From a virus (lineage: Duplodnaviria > Caudoviricetes), in IMG/VR virus record IMGVR_UViG_3300020045_003191, positions 1-41,325 of that record: a stretch of 41,325 nucleotides of DNA. One strand, written 5' to 3'. The notes beneath the pieces are model-generated. The model was not told the DNA's origin, made no database searches, and saw nothing but the letters and a program-made list of their open reading frames with translations. The stretch's first letter is position 1, and each line of letters begins with the position of its first letter. The position numbers were made by a program, and so were the translations under genes. This document shows, in pieces, positions 6,668-15,362 of this stretch.

Positions 6668-7389
6668 CCCGCCCCCTTCGCTTGCAGGGCGACTTTGGCG
6701 GCTTGATAAACCCAGAGGGGTATATCAGTATCACCCGCTGTTTGTCTGCCCGCTATAGTTTTTGTAAACTTTTCCATCGCGGCGACCCGCTGTTTGAGTC
6801 TGATAATCGCATCTGGTATCGCGGTAGTGTCTGTCCCGCTCACATCCATTCCCAACGCATTCACACAGGCAAGGAATACAGAACCATCGCGGGCAAGCAT
6901 AATCTTGTCATGTTCGCCATCGCCCATTATCAAACCATCATAAAATCTCAGGTTCGATTGTGCCGCGTCCCGCTCCGCCTCCAGTGCGGTGATGCGCTGT
7001 TGCAAAGAAATAATTTCCCTCTCAAGTTTTTCTTCGCGTTCCATATTCCCGTATAAATTTTTACCTAATATGCCCATCTCATTTCGCAGGGCGGCTTCAA
7101 TATCCTCACGCGTCCGCCAATAGTAGTCATGCGCCTCCGCCTGTGATGTATCACATCGAAACGCAACGTCCGCACGCGCTAGTAATTTTTCAAGCGCGGT
7201 GACGCGGTGTTGCAGGGTGTCGTAATACTCCTCTCGTATCACCACCACACCCTCCTCACCATACAATTCTTCGCCGTCCAGTAATTTAGCGATGGATGAT
7301 ATTTGTCCAGCTCGCAGGGCGTCAATCTGTTCCTGATAACCTTGCTTCAATGCCTGTACTGTCTCATCTTGCCACGGTTGACCTTTCAT
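6664..7389 (-). CDS. Coiled-coil hypothetical protein with repeated LQxRxTALE motif
   Basis: LQHRVTALE, LQQRITALE, LKQRVAAME. Confidence 0.6.
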   Translation of the reverse strand: MKGQPWQDETVQALKQGYQEQIDALRAGQISSIAKLLDGEELYGEEGVVVIREEYYDTLQHRVTALEKLLARADVAFRCDTSQAEAHDYYWRTREDIEAALRNEMGILGKNLYGNMEREEKLEREIISLQQRITALEAERDAAQSNLRFYDGLIMGDGEHDKIMLARDGSVFLACVNALGMDVSGTDTTAIPDAIIRLKQRVAAMEKFTKTIAGRQTAGDTDIPLWVYQAAKVALQAKGAG

Positions 7390-7745
7390 CTTATGTTCCT
7401 TTCTCTAGATAGTCTTTCAAATATACTTTGATGAGTTAATCCGTATTCCTTTGACAATTTATAAACCGCCTCTCCATTAGAATATTCGCCGTACCGCTTT
7501 GCATCACTTTCGCACCGCGCCGCCATTGCAGGGCGTCCCGCTTTTGCGAAGTCCTCCGCCAGTACGTGCCACTCAAAAGCATAGCGCACCATGTTTTCGA
7601 TATTGCTTGTGTCAACGAGTTTGTAATACCGTTCCATCAATTCATCACGATAGGGTAAGCCGTCAACGGGTGTAAGTCCTACGTGCCGCCGTAACCACTC
7701 GCGGCGTTGTTCCTTTGCTTGCATAATTTCAATGTCTGTATTCAT
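7386..7745 (-). CDS. Hypothetical protein
   Basis: Overlapping start/stop with both neighbours. Confidence 0.55.
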   Translation of the reverse strand: MNTDIEIMQAKEQRREWLRRHVGLTPVDGLPYRDELMERYYKLVDTSNIENMVRYAFEWHVLAEDFAKAGRPAMAARCESDAKRYGEYSNGEAVYKLSKEYGLTHQSIFERLSRERNIR

Positions 7746-8338
7746 CGTTTCATTCCTTCCGATAATTGTTTGATTGAATTGCTTGTATTGTTTTCAATAA
7801 AGCGGGTTACATCTGGCAGTCTTGAATTTTGTTTTAGATAGCTTTGCAGTTCGATCTCATAGGCTTTCATAAAAACATTGCGTTCGTAACTTTCAGAGTC
7901 CCAATCAGGGAAGCGGGGAAATCCAAGCATAATCGCGACCTTACGCACTAAAGGATGCGACCATTCATACGGTTTTTCGTATATGATTACCCTGCCATCT
8001 TCGGTGTATTCCACAGGGTCGCTTGTCCAAGTTGTTTTCTCGGAAGTAGGGACGTGCATCAATTCTCCCCATGCCTCCAATGCAGACGGGATACCCTGTA
8101 CCTGTCTGAGAATATCTTGCGCCGCGCCGCGTATCTCTCCAACACTCGGAGCGAACGCCCGCCCACTTTCAGCACACGTTTGCAGTACGGCGGATTTCAA
8201 AAGGTCGGATGGTAAGTCGCCCAAAAACGCAAGGTAGGCGTCGGCTGTACTCACGTCGCCAGATTGAACCATCTTGAAATTTGGGTAGGCTACCGTGATG
8301 AGTCCGAGTATTTCGAGTATGTCTTTTTTCGTCGCCAT
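7742..8338 (-). CDS. Replicative helicase loader/inhibitor (SPP1 G39P-like)
   Basis: AYPNF...LGDLP...AV...FAPSVGEIR, directly downstream of the initiator. Confidence 0.7.
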   Translation of the reverse strand: MATKKDILEILGLITVAYPNFKMVQSGDVSTADAYLAFLGDLPSDLLKSAVLQTCAESGRAFAPSVGEIRGAAQDILRQVQGIPSALEAWGELMHVPTSEKTTWTSDPVEYTEDGRVIIYEKPYEWSHPLVRKVAIMLGFPRFPDWDSESYERNVFMKAYEIELQSYLKQNSRLPDVTRFIENNTSNSIKQLSEGMKR

Positions 8339-8340
8339 GA

Positions 8341-9171
8341 TTAACCTTTTTCTGCGAACGCTTGAAGTATGGAAAGATTGTTATTGAAGTTTTGGTTTTG
8401 TGGTTTCCATGTACCATTTTGCGGTATCTGTCCACTCTCAGCCCATTCAAGCCAAGCCAAATTTATAGGCTTATATCCCTTTGCCGTCCAAGCCTTGAAA
8501 AAGTGCAATAGATCGTCACGGGTAACAGCCCTGCCCAAACGCCATTCAACCTTTTTCACACTCGCTACAACGTCCTCAAAATTGACTTTGGGAGGGTATC
8601 GGTTTGTGACTTCCCTGAATAGTTTCACTTCGTCGGGGGTGGTGGGGGTCGGCTTTGCCGCCTCTTTTTCTTTTAGTTTCTTAATTGGTTTCTTAATACT
8701 TTCTTCATGTGACTCTCTGTCATAGCGGGTATGACTCTCTGTCATAGCACTATGACTCTGTGTCACACCTGCCTCAACGCTAACCCTAATCCTTATCTTG
8801 AAAGTATCAGCGTAAATATGGGGTCTATTTCTCAATTCCGGGGTCGTATCGAATAAATAACCACCCTGACAAAGTTCTTCCATGTGTCTGATTATCGTTC
8901 TGTCTGACATCCCAAGCCCCGCTCCGATCTTGCCAATCGCCGCCCTGCATACGCCGTCCGCCATTTGGCAGTACCGCCAAACCCTGCCCCATACCAACGC
9001 TGTAATGTACCCGTATTCTTTGCATAACACATCTGGGGCGGGCGTGAAACCGCTCATCACAGACACAAACTCGTTTGGCGGAACCGGGTCACCGTTGTAT
9101 CCCTTGCCCAACATTTGCAAGGCTTCCTCTGCCTCCGTGATGTAGTCGGCTTTCTCTTCGTCTGTCTGCAT
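8341..9171 (-). CDS. Phage replication initiator with winged HTH
   Basis: LGMSDRTIIRHMEELCQGGYL helix-turn-helix; internal iterons; ATG at 9171 after GGAG. Confidence 0.75.
   Translation of the reverse strand: MQTDEEKADYITEAEEALQMLGKGYNGDPVPPNEFVSVMSGFTPAPDVLCKEYGYITALVWGRVWRYCQMADGVCRAAIGKIGAGLGMSDRTIIRHMEELCQGGYLFDTTPELRNRPHIYADTFKIRIRVSVEAGVTQSHSAMTESHTRYDRESHEESIKKPIKKLKEKEAAKPTPTTPDEVKLFREVTNRYPPKVNFEDVVASVKKVEWRLGRAVTRDDLLHFFKAWTAKGYKPINLAWLEWAESGQIPQNGTWKPQNQNFNNNLSILQAFAEKG
8664..8765. promoter_or_regulatory. Putative replication origin: three iterons plus AT-rich tract
   Basis: TGACTCT(C/G)TGTCA at 8710, 8732, 8753, next to a T-rich run at 8664-8706 inside the initiator gene. Confidence 0.7.
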
Positions 9172-9400
9172 TGTATTCTCCAATAGAGTTAAAAAAATAA
9201 CCTGCTTTGGAGTATCCTGCACCTTGTCACAATTCCCAGAAATCAAGGGAAAGGTAGCAAGATACACCAAAAAAGGTTATCAGTGAAATCTTATCGGGTC
9301 GTGACTCCCGTCGTGCTTGTGCTTTCGCACTCAATTGAACTTACTCACTTATTATACTCACTCCTCCACAAATTGCAAGAGGCAAATCACCGCTGGATTG

Positions 9401-9646
9401 TCAAGATATAAAATCAGGAACCCGCATATAAGCCCACGCTGTAACCTCTTCGGTGGGTATGTCGTTTTCCTCCGACCCATCCCAGAATTGACCGTCAGAA
9501 TACCCGCCAATGTACAATGTCTCAGAGACAAGAATAAACAACATTCTGTTCCCTGTTGGCTTGTACCCGCTTCGTATGTCATTGAAGAAGTATTGAATCT
9601 TTATGGGTGGGTATTTCTTGGCTTGCAATTCTTCTTTTTTCATCAT
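9401..9646 (-). CDS. Hypothetical protein (DUF551-like C-terminus)
   Basis: Ends EVTAWAYMRVP; AAAGGA RBS. Confidence 0.5.
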   Translation of the reverse strand: MMKKEELQAKKYPPIKIQYFFNDIRSGYKPTGNRMLFILVSETLYIGGYSDGQFWDGSEENDIPTEEVTAWAYMRVPDFIS

Positions 9647-9698
9647 TCATCCTTTCGTGTCAAGTACCAATATTGCGCCCGTCCAGGGGCGGCGGGGG

Positions 9699-10010
9699 TT
9701 AGGGTTTGTATAAAGCAATCAGACTTTTCAATTCTGGTTTATGATCGTTTTCTATCTGTTGCTTTAGCCCGTTGATTTTGTTTTCCACCTTCAACACCAA
9801 CCAACGAACAGCATCGTTTTTATCTTCGCTAACAAAGCGGTCATCGGTAACAATAACTCTGCCTGAGCGCGGTAGAAAAATCATACCGAACAATTCACGG
9901 AAGGAACTCTTGTCCGTGCATTTATAACTTTTCCCGGAACACTCGCCCTCGAATTCCGCAAGGCTTGCTGAATATCTATATTCTGCTAAGTAGTATTTCA
10001 TCTCATTCAC
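9699..10010 (-). CDS. Hypothetical protein
   Basis: ORF in the leftward operon. Confidence 0.55.
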   Translation of the reverse strand: MNEMKYYLAEYRYSASLAEFEGECSGKSYKCTDKSSFRELFGMIFLPRSGRVIVTDDRFVSEDKNDAVRWLVLKVENKINGLKQQIENDHKPELKSLIALYKP

Positions 10011-10067
10011 CTTTCCACGCCTCCGCCTCTGTCTGCGAAGCGGCGCGTGCGTTTCGGTCTGTTGTTG

Positions 10068-10382
10068 TCATTGCGGCTCCTGTTTCTTCCATTTTGTTTC
10101 ATCAAACCATAAAAGATGTTTATATATTGCGTGTTCATCTTTTTGGTACGAATCGCACTCATTCACAAAATCAAGCGTTCCGTCTGTGTTTGGGGAGTCC
10201 GGTTCCACAATCATTTCATACTCACCATGCTTATAATTCAACAGTTTACACGTAATTGCATAATGACCCATAAAACCATCTTCGGTATAAAGCCCAGAGT
10301 TTACACAATCCGCACAAATAAACTCTTTTGATGTTATTGGTAAATCATTTTGATGGATTGCTTTTGTCGAAAATATAGGCAT
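10068..10382 (-). CDS. Hypothetical Cys-containing protein
   Basis: CADC...C...C; AAAGGA RBS. Confidence 0.55.
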   Translation of the reverse strand: MPIFSTKAIHQNDLPITSKEFICADCVNSGLYTEDGFMGHYAITCKLLNYKHGEYEMIVEPDSPNTDGTLDFVNECDSYQKDEHAIYKHLLWFDETKWKKQEPQ

Positions 10383-10574
10383 CGTCTCATTCCTTTCGAC
10401 AGGGGGCGGGCGCATAAGTGATCCGTTCGCCGTTGCTACCCGTCCCCGTGTCTATAAGTTTCGCCCGCCGCTTCAATGGCATTTCAGTTCCTTGGGTAGG
10501 GATTTGCACCCATTGTCCGCCGTGTAAGCCGACGATGACCGCTTGACGATTTCCGCGTCCTAGCCCTACGCCTT

Positions 10575-11069
10575 TTACGCTCCAAGGTTTCTTTTCAAAT
10601 AATATGCGGCTCGTTCGATTCTGTCAATATTGTCTTTGAAAAATCCTAATCCAGCGTTGCAGTTAGAACAAAGCAAACCTCTTACTGTTCCAGTTTTGTG
10701 GTCGTGATCTACGAATAGTTTTCCGTAATACTCTCCACAAATAAGGCATGTCCCGTTATTTTCTGCGTACATCTTATCGTAATTTTCTTGCGTTATTCCA
10801 TATTCTTTAATAAAGTATCTATTTCTTGCTTCTGCCTTATGCGTATTGTGATATTTTTTTAGCGTGTCGTAATACTTACTAACTCCTTTTATTTTACTTA
10901 AATAATACAGCTTCGCGCATGTCTTGCATATTGATTTTTTTCCATACTTACCAGCCGGGTTACTGGAGTATTCGTTTAGTGATTTTGTTTTCAAACATTT
11001 TCCGCATTTTTTTGTGGTTTCCACGTGTTTATTCCTTAAAATAAAGTTACGATCTATTCTGATCTCCAC
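10575..11069 (-). CDS. Endonuclease VII-family HNH (homing-type) nuclease
   Basis: CLIC...VDHDHKTGTVRGLLCSNCNAGLG; visibly AT-rich. Confidence 0.9.
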   Translation of the reverse strand: MEIRIDRNFILRNKHVETTKKCGKCLKTKSLNEYSSNPAGKYGKKSICKTCAKLYYLSKIKGVSKYYDTLKKYHNTHKAEARNRYFIKEYGITQENYDKMYAENNGTCLICGEYYGKLFVDHDHKTGTVRGLLCSNCNAGLGFFKDNIDRIERAAYYLKRNLGA

Positions 11070-11266
11070 AAATCAGCAGGAGACAATCCCATTGCATTAC
11101 ATAAAATACTAATGGTTTCAACCCTAACCTGAGTGGGGCGGTTTGCCAACTTATACAAAGCCTGCTTTGACAACCTTCCAACAAAGAAGCGATTGTACAA
11201 GTGACTAACATTCTTTATTTTCAAGTCTCGCATTACGTCATCAAGGGCGAAGTAATATTTTTTCAT
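11054..11266 (-). CDS. Cro/CI-type HTH regulator (70 aa), probably leaderless
   Basis: LSKQALYKLAN...VRVETISILCNAMGLSPADLW; ATG 7 nt after the -10 box. Confidence 0.8.
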   Translation of the reverse strand: MKKYYFALDDVMRDLKIKNVSHLYNRFFVGRLSKQALYKLANRPTQVRVETISILCNAMGLSPADLWRSE

Positions 11267-11273
11267 AATACAG

Positions 11274-11342
11274 ATTATATGCAGAATTGTTATTTTGTCA
11301 AGGGTAATTGACCCTTGACAGTTATCACGTTTTGCATATAAT
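11274..11342. promoter_or_regulatory. Back-to-back consensus promoters (genetic switch)
   Basis: Leftward TTGACA 11301-11296 / TATAAT 11279-11274; rightward TTGACA 11315-11320 / TATAAT 11337-11342; central palindrome TGTCAAGGGT-N5-ACCCTTGACA. Confidence 0.85.
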
Positions 11343-11380
11343 AAGAGACATTGAACAGCAAACAACAACAGGAGCCAGAC

Positions 11381-11602
11381 ATGAACCAATCAATTACAAA
11401 CCACTTGAAATTAGTAGATGAGCTTCCGTCTTATTCTGACATGCACGAAATCTTGGAACGTCTCAAGGATAAGGTCTCAGGCTCCGAACAACACAAGATC
11501 GTAAACATCATGACGGTGCTTGAGCAGTCCGCCAAACTTATCACAACGGACGGACAAGATAAAGACGACGCCGAAGAACAGCTTAACGAAGTTCTTCGAT
11601 AG
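11381..11602 (+). CDS. Hypothetical protein, first gene of the rightward unit
   Basis: AGGAG RBS, ATG at 11381. Confidence 0.65.
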   Translation: MNQSITNHLKLVDELPSYSDMHEILERLKDKVSGSEQHKIVNIMTVLEQSAKLITTDGQDKDDAEEQLNEVLR

Positions 11603-11684
11603 AAATCCCCAACCCGGACGGCGGAGTTGACTAGGTCAAACCTAGCCTCCGCCATGACCCGGACTATGACAGAATGGAGCAATA

Positions 11685-11861
11685 ATGACCAAAACCCCCA
11701 ACCCCATCGGCATCGAACACCAACAGCCCGCGACAGACGACCAAAGCTGGAATCAGCCGCCGTCACTGCTGGCGACGTGGATATTGACACTCGTTTACTT
11801 GGGCATCGGCGCGGCGGTTGGATGGGTTGCGATCAATGTAGCGTTATGGATTGGAGGATGA
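11685..11861 (+). CDS. 58-aa membrane protein (below the ORF-track cutoff)
   Basis: GGAG RBS; LLATWILTLVYLGIGAAVGWVAINVALW helix. Confidence 0.5.
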   Translation: MTKTPNPIGIEHQQPATDDQSWNQPPSLLATWILTLVYLGIGAAVGWVAINVALWIGG

Positions 11862-11863
11862 AA

Positions 11864-12079
11864 ATGAACGGATACACTGAAAGTGACGCAAAGGTAAACG
11901 CCCGCATGGAACGGCGCGCCATGTTGAATCAAATGGCACTGGCTGAATTATGGGCGGCGGAGCAACAGAGAGTTAATGCCGTAGCACGCGAAGCGGTACA
12001 ATCTACCAATGACCCGCAAATCGTGAAAGGTGTTTCATCGCCGGAATGGTTCGCCGCACAAAAGGAGCGTGAATACTAG
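11864..12079 (+). CDS. Hypothetical protein (MNGYTESD...)
   Basis: GGAGG RBS. Confidence 0.55.
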   Translation: MNGYTESDAKVNARMERRAMLNQMALAELWAAEQQRVNAVAREAVQSTNDPQIVKGVSSPEWFAAQKEREY

Positions 12080-12142
12080 GATATAATTCAATCACCTATA
12101 GCAACCTTTACACAATCAAACAAGTAGACACAAGGAGAAAAA

Positions 12143-13033
12143 ATGAGTTGGACACCGGAAGAAATTGAGGAAGACCGAAAGTATCTCGCAAGCCTAACAC
12201 CCGAAAAATATGCAAAGGTTATGAAGGAACGCGAGGCGGCGCACGCTAAAGAATTGGCTGTTTATGATGAGAATAAGGCGGGACTTGCACAGGTGAAAGC
12301 CTATGCGGAAATGGAAGAAGTGAAAAAGCGTTTTATTAATTTGCTTGGTGATCGTGACGGGCAGGCATACGTTGAAAGTGTTGTTATCGCCGTTTCAGGT
12401 GATGAGCAACTTCAACAATGCACACCAAAGTCAATTATGATTTCAGCCATGCGCGCCGCCTCATTGAAGTTGAGCGTAGACAAAAGCATGAAGCAGGCTC
12501 ATCTTGTCAAGTTCGGAAAAGAAGCTACTTTGATCGTAGACTATCACGGACTTTTGCAGTTGTCCGTAAATACTGGCTACTACAAAATCGCCCCAAATGT
12601 ATTTGAGGTATACGAGGGCGAAGAAATAAAAATGGAGCGTTTCAGCGGTAAGGTTGAGATCGTTGGCGAAAAGACAGGTGATACTGTGATAGGATGGTGC
12701 GGCTATTTCAAAGCCAATAACGGGACAGAACGCTGGCTATACATGACGAACGAAGAGTGCGACGCTCATGGAAAGAAATACAACCCCGGTGGCTTTAGCT
12801 CATCTAAGTCTGCATGGAATACAGACCGCGCAAAGATGCGAAGAAAAACAGTGCTTCGTCAGTTGATTTCAATGTGGGGTAACTTTTCTCCGCAAGTAAA
12901 AAACGTCATTTTTCAAGACGAACCTTCCATTGATGCGGAGTTTGAAGAAATGCCGAATGACGAAAACCTTACTGTACCTATAAAGGAAAAGCGCACGCCG
13001 CAAGAATTAATCAAAGAAATGACGGGAGCATAA
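12143..13033 (+). CDS. recT: RecT/Red-beta single-strand annealing recombinase
   Basis: LQQCTPKSI...AASLKL...DYHGLLQL...VYEGE...MRRKTVLRQL. Confidence 0.9.
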   Translation: MSWTPEEIEEDRKYLASLTPEKYAKVMKEREAAHAKELAVYDENKAGLAQVKAYAEMEEVKKRFINLLGDRDGQAYVESVVIAVSGDEQLQQCTPKSIMISAMRAASLKLSVDKSMKQAHLVKFGKEATLIVDYHGLLQLSVNTGYYKIAPNVFEVYEGEEIKMERFSGKVEIVGEKTGDTVIGWCGYFKANNGTERWLYMTNEECDAHGKKYNPGGFSSSKSAWNTDRAKMRRKTVLRQLISMWGNFSPQVKNVIFQDEPSIDAEFEEMPNDENLTVPIKEKRTPQELIKEMTGA

Positions 13034-13036
13034 CCA

Positions 13037-13444
13037 ATGAACAAAATAACAATCATCGGTAATCTTGGGAAAGCACCGGAAATGCGCTACACCCCAAGCG
13101 GGCAGGCTGTTACATCCTTTCCTGTTGCATCCAATAGCCAGTACAAAACTCAGAGCGGCGAAGTCGTAAAAGAGACAACGTGGTTCCGCGTCTCTGCATG
13201 GGGAAAGCAGGCAGAGATATGCAACGAGTACCTTAAGAAGGGCGCAAAGGTTTATTTGGAGGGCGTTATGTCCGCCGATAAGTCAACAGGTGCGCCGCGT
13301 ATCTGGACAGATAAAGACGGCTCTGCTCATACCGGTTTTGAAGTACGCTTGAATCATGTGGAGTTCTTATCGCCACGCGTTGAATCGGGTACAGGAGAGG
13401 CGCAAGAGTCACCCGTTAATCAAGAGGACGGCGTTCCTTTTTAG
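13037..13444 (+). CDS. ssb: Single-stranded DNA-binding protein
   Basis: NKITIIGNLGKAPEMRYTPSG...TTWFRVSAWGKQAE, acidic tail ending VPF. Confidence 0.97.
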   Translation: MNKITIIGNLGKAPEMRYTPSGQAVTSFPVASNSQYKTQSGEVVKETTWFRVSAWGKQAEICNEYLKKGAKVYLEGVMSADKSTGAPRIWTDKDGSAHTGFEVRLNHVEFLSPRVESGTGEAQESPVNQEDGVPF

Positions 13445-13598
13445 TCACCCAACCCCCACCGCCGCCTGAGTGTGACAGGCGCGCGGTACAGGTAGAATCC
13501 ATGTACAAGTACAAATTGCTGTTTTTTATGTTGGGCTAAAAATGGTATAATGAATCAACCGGGCGGCGTTCGCCCGGAATAAGATAGGAGAAATAATA

Positions 13599-13898
13599 AT
13601 GTCAGTAGAACAGATTACAGTCATTCTTGGTACTGCGCTTTCATTGCTTGTTGCATACGTTCCGGGCTTCAATGCGTGGTTCGATGCGCTTGCGTCACAA
13701 TCAAAAGCATTATTCATGCTTGCGGGCGCGTTCGTCTGGGTCGCCCTTGTGTTCGCCGTCTCATGCGCGGGATACTCGCCCTACGGCGTCGTCTGTACCC
13801 TCACCGATGCAGTAAGCCTTCTTCAGCTCGTGATCGCCTTCGCCATTGCGAATCAAGCCACCTACTTCTTGGCAGTACGTCCGTACAAGTCTAAGTAA
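13599..13898 (+). CDS. Three-TM holin-like membrane protein
   Basis: Three hydrophobic helices, basic C-terminus, own TGnTATAAT promoter and terminator. Confidence 0.55.
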   Translation: MSVEQITVILGTALSLLVAYVPGFNAWFDALASQSKALFMLAGAFVWVALVFAVSCAGYSPYGVVCTLTDAVSLLQLVIAFAIANQATYFLAVRPYKSK

Positions 13899-13965
13899 AC
13901 AACGCATCCCCGCTGGATGCTTGTCGTGAGTCTCCTCCTTTGTTATCCTGCTGAGATGCAGGGCG

Positions 13966-13995
13966 AATCCCCGTCGTTTGGCGGGGATTTTGTTG
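13966..13995 (+). terminator. Intrinsic terminator
   Basis: AATCCCCGTC-gttt-GGCGGGGATT followed by TTGTT. Confidence 0.65.
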
Positions 13996-14017
13996 TAAAT
14001 TGGCTGTCTGTTTACCC

Positions 14018-14046
14018 TTGACAGTTTATATAAACCACGATAGAAT
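14018..14046 (+). promoter_or_regulatory. Sigma70-type promoter
   Basis: TTGACA-17 nt-TAGAAT. Confidence 0.7.
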
Positions 14047-14085
14047 ACCATCATTGAACAGTAAACAAACAAAAGGAGCCACGAA

Positions 14086-14319
14086 ATGAATAAAACATTC
14101 ACAGTAACGAAGATTGACAAGCACGAAAAAGAAGCACAGGTTCACATGGTTTCCGACAAAGGCGATACTCTGCGATTTTATGCGGCAGAGCAAGCATGGA
14201 CTTTTCGCTCATTCAGAACTGGAAGAATCAGCATGAAGCAACTAGAAAAGATTATTGACCAGTGGTACATGTTTGATAATCAATGTAATGTAAAGATCGG
14301 CGACATGGTGACAGTATGA
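14086..14319 (+). CDS. Hypothetical protein
   Basis: Strong RBS; stop overlaps the next start. Confidence 0.65.
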   Translation: MNKTFTVTKIDKHEKEAQVHMVSDKGDTLRFYAAEQAWTFRSFRTGRISMKQLEKIIDQWYMFDNQCNVKIGDMVTV

Positions 14320-14939
14320 AAATCTTGGTTGCCTGTGAGGAAAGCCAAGTTGTTACGATTGCATTTAGAGCTTTAGGGCACGAAGCGTATTCATGTGACC
14401 TTTTACCGTGTAGCGGCGATCATCCTGAATGGCACTTACAACGGGATGTTAGACCGCTATTGCGAGAGTATTGGGACATGGTCATTGCTCATCCAACATG
14501 CAAGTATTTGACAAATAGCGGAGTTTGTCATTTGTATATTGGCAAACGAAAAGAGAACGGCATTTATCAGCCACGATGGGACAACGTGCGCGAAGGCGCG
14601 GAGTTTTTCAATCTGTTTTTGAACCTTCCGCACATCCCAAAAGTTGCTATTGAAAATCCAATCATGCACCCATATGCAAGAGAAATTATCAAGGTTCCGT
14701 ACACGCAAATAATTCAGCCGTGGATGTTTGGACACATGGAGAGCAAAGCTACTTGTTTATGGTTAAAGGGTTTGCCGGAACTTGAAGAAACTGACAATGT
14801 ATTCGAGCAAATGATGAGATTACCTGATAATCAAAGACAACGATTACACTATCTACCACCTAGTCCCAACAGGGAGCGCGAAAGAAGTAAAACATTTTTA
14901 GGAATTGGAAAGGCAATGGCAGAACAATGGACAAGATAA
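14316..14939 (+). CDS. Phage-type DNA cytosine methyltransferase
   Basis: ILVACEES...AYSCDL...WDMVIAHPTC...IENP...IQPWMFGH...KATCLWL...MAEQW. Confidence 0.8.
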   Translation: MKILVACEESQVVTIAFRALGHEAYSCDLLPCSGDHPEWHLQRDVRPLLREYWDMVIAHPTCKYLTNSGVCHLYIGKRKENGIYQPRWDNVREGAEFFNLFLNLPHIPKVAIENPIMHPYAREIIKVPYTQIIQPWMFGHMESKATCLWLKGLPELEETDNVFEQMMRLPDNQRQRLHYLPPSPNRERERSKTFLGIGKAMAEQWTR

Positions 14940-15103
14940 AAAAAGTCTCAAAAAAAGTAAAGCCCCGCAAGGACATAAACCGGGATGGGCAGTCAAACCG
15001 CGCGGCGCAATTGAACGCCAAAGCACAGGCAAAAGGCTGGACGGGTATCAGCGAGTATTTGACGGCGGTAATCAACGATAAATCCGGGATACCGGAAAAG
15101 TAA
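14927..15103 (+). CDS. 58-aa basic ribbon-helix-helix-like protein (below the ORF-track cutoff)
   Basis: LNAKAQAKGWTGISEYLTAVI; overlaps the methyltransferase stop. Confidence 0.45.
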   Translation: MDKIKKVSKKVKPRKDINRDGQSNRAAQLNAKAQAKGWTGISEYLTAVINDKSGIPEK

Positions 15104-15124
15104 ACAAACAAAAGGAGCAACGAA

Positions 15125-15313
15125 ATGAAATTTGATAATCAAATTCGCGCCATCCAATACGCAATGAAAGAATTACAGCGTGAGCGTATCAAGGCAGTTG
15201 AGGCAAAGAATCAAGAATGGATTAATGATGTTGACCAATATCTTTTTGACCTTATCCGCGCCGTCGAAACTATTCAAGCCATGAAAGCCTTGTCAAAGGT
15301 AATCGCTAATTGA
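15125..15313 (+). CDS. Hypothetical helical protein
   Basis: Strong RBS. Confidence 0.6.
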   Translation: MKFDNQIRAIQYAMKELQRERIKAVEAKNQEWINDVDQYLFDLIRAVETIQAMKALSKVIAN

Positions 15314-15330
15314 TAAAACGGCAATCAATG

Positions 15331-15362
15331 GTAAAAACTACGTCGCTTGACGTAGTTTTTAC
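15331..15362. terminator. Bidirectional intrinsic terminator
   Basis: GTAAAAACTACGTC-gctt-GACGTAGTTTTTAC, perfect 14-bp stem. Confidence 0.75.

Larger units (their letters stand above)
14060..15129 (+). repeat. 31-bp RBS-containing direct repeats at 14060-14090 and 15099-15129
   Basis: AGTAAACAAACAAAAGGAGC(C/A)ACGAAATGAA, one mismatch. Confidence 0.85.

Noticed and set aside
10490-10587. Canonical tRNA gene
   Set aside because: T stem imperfect and no clear D or anticodon arm; kept only as a low-confidence finding
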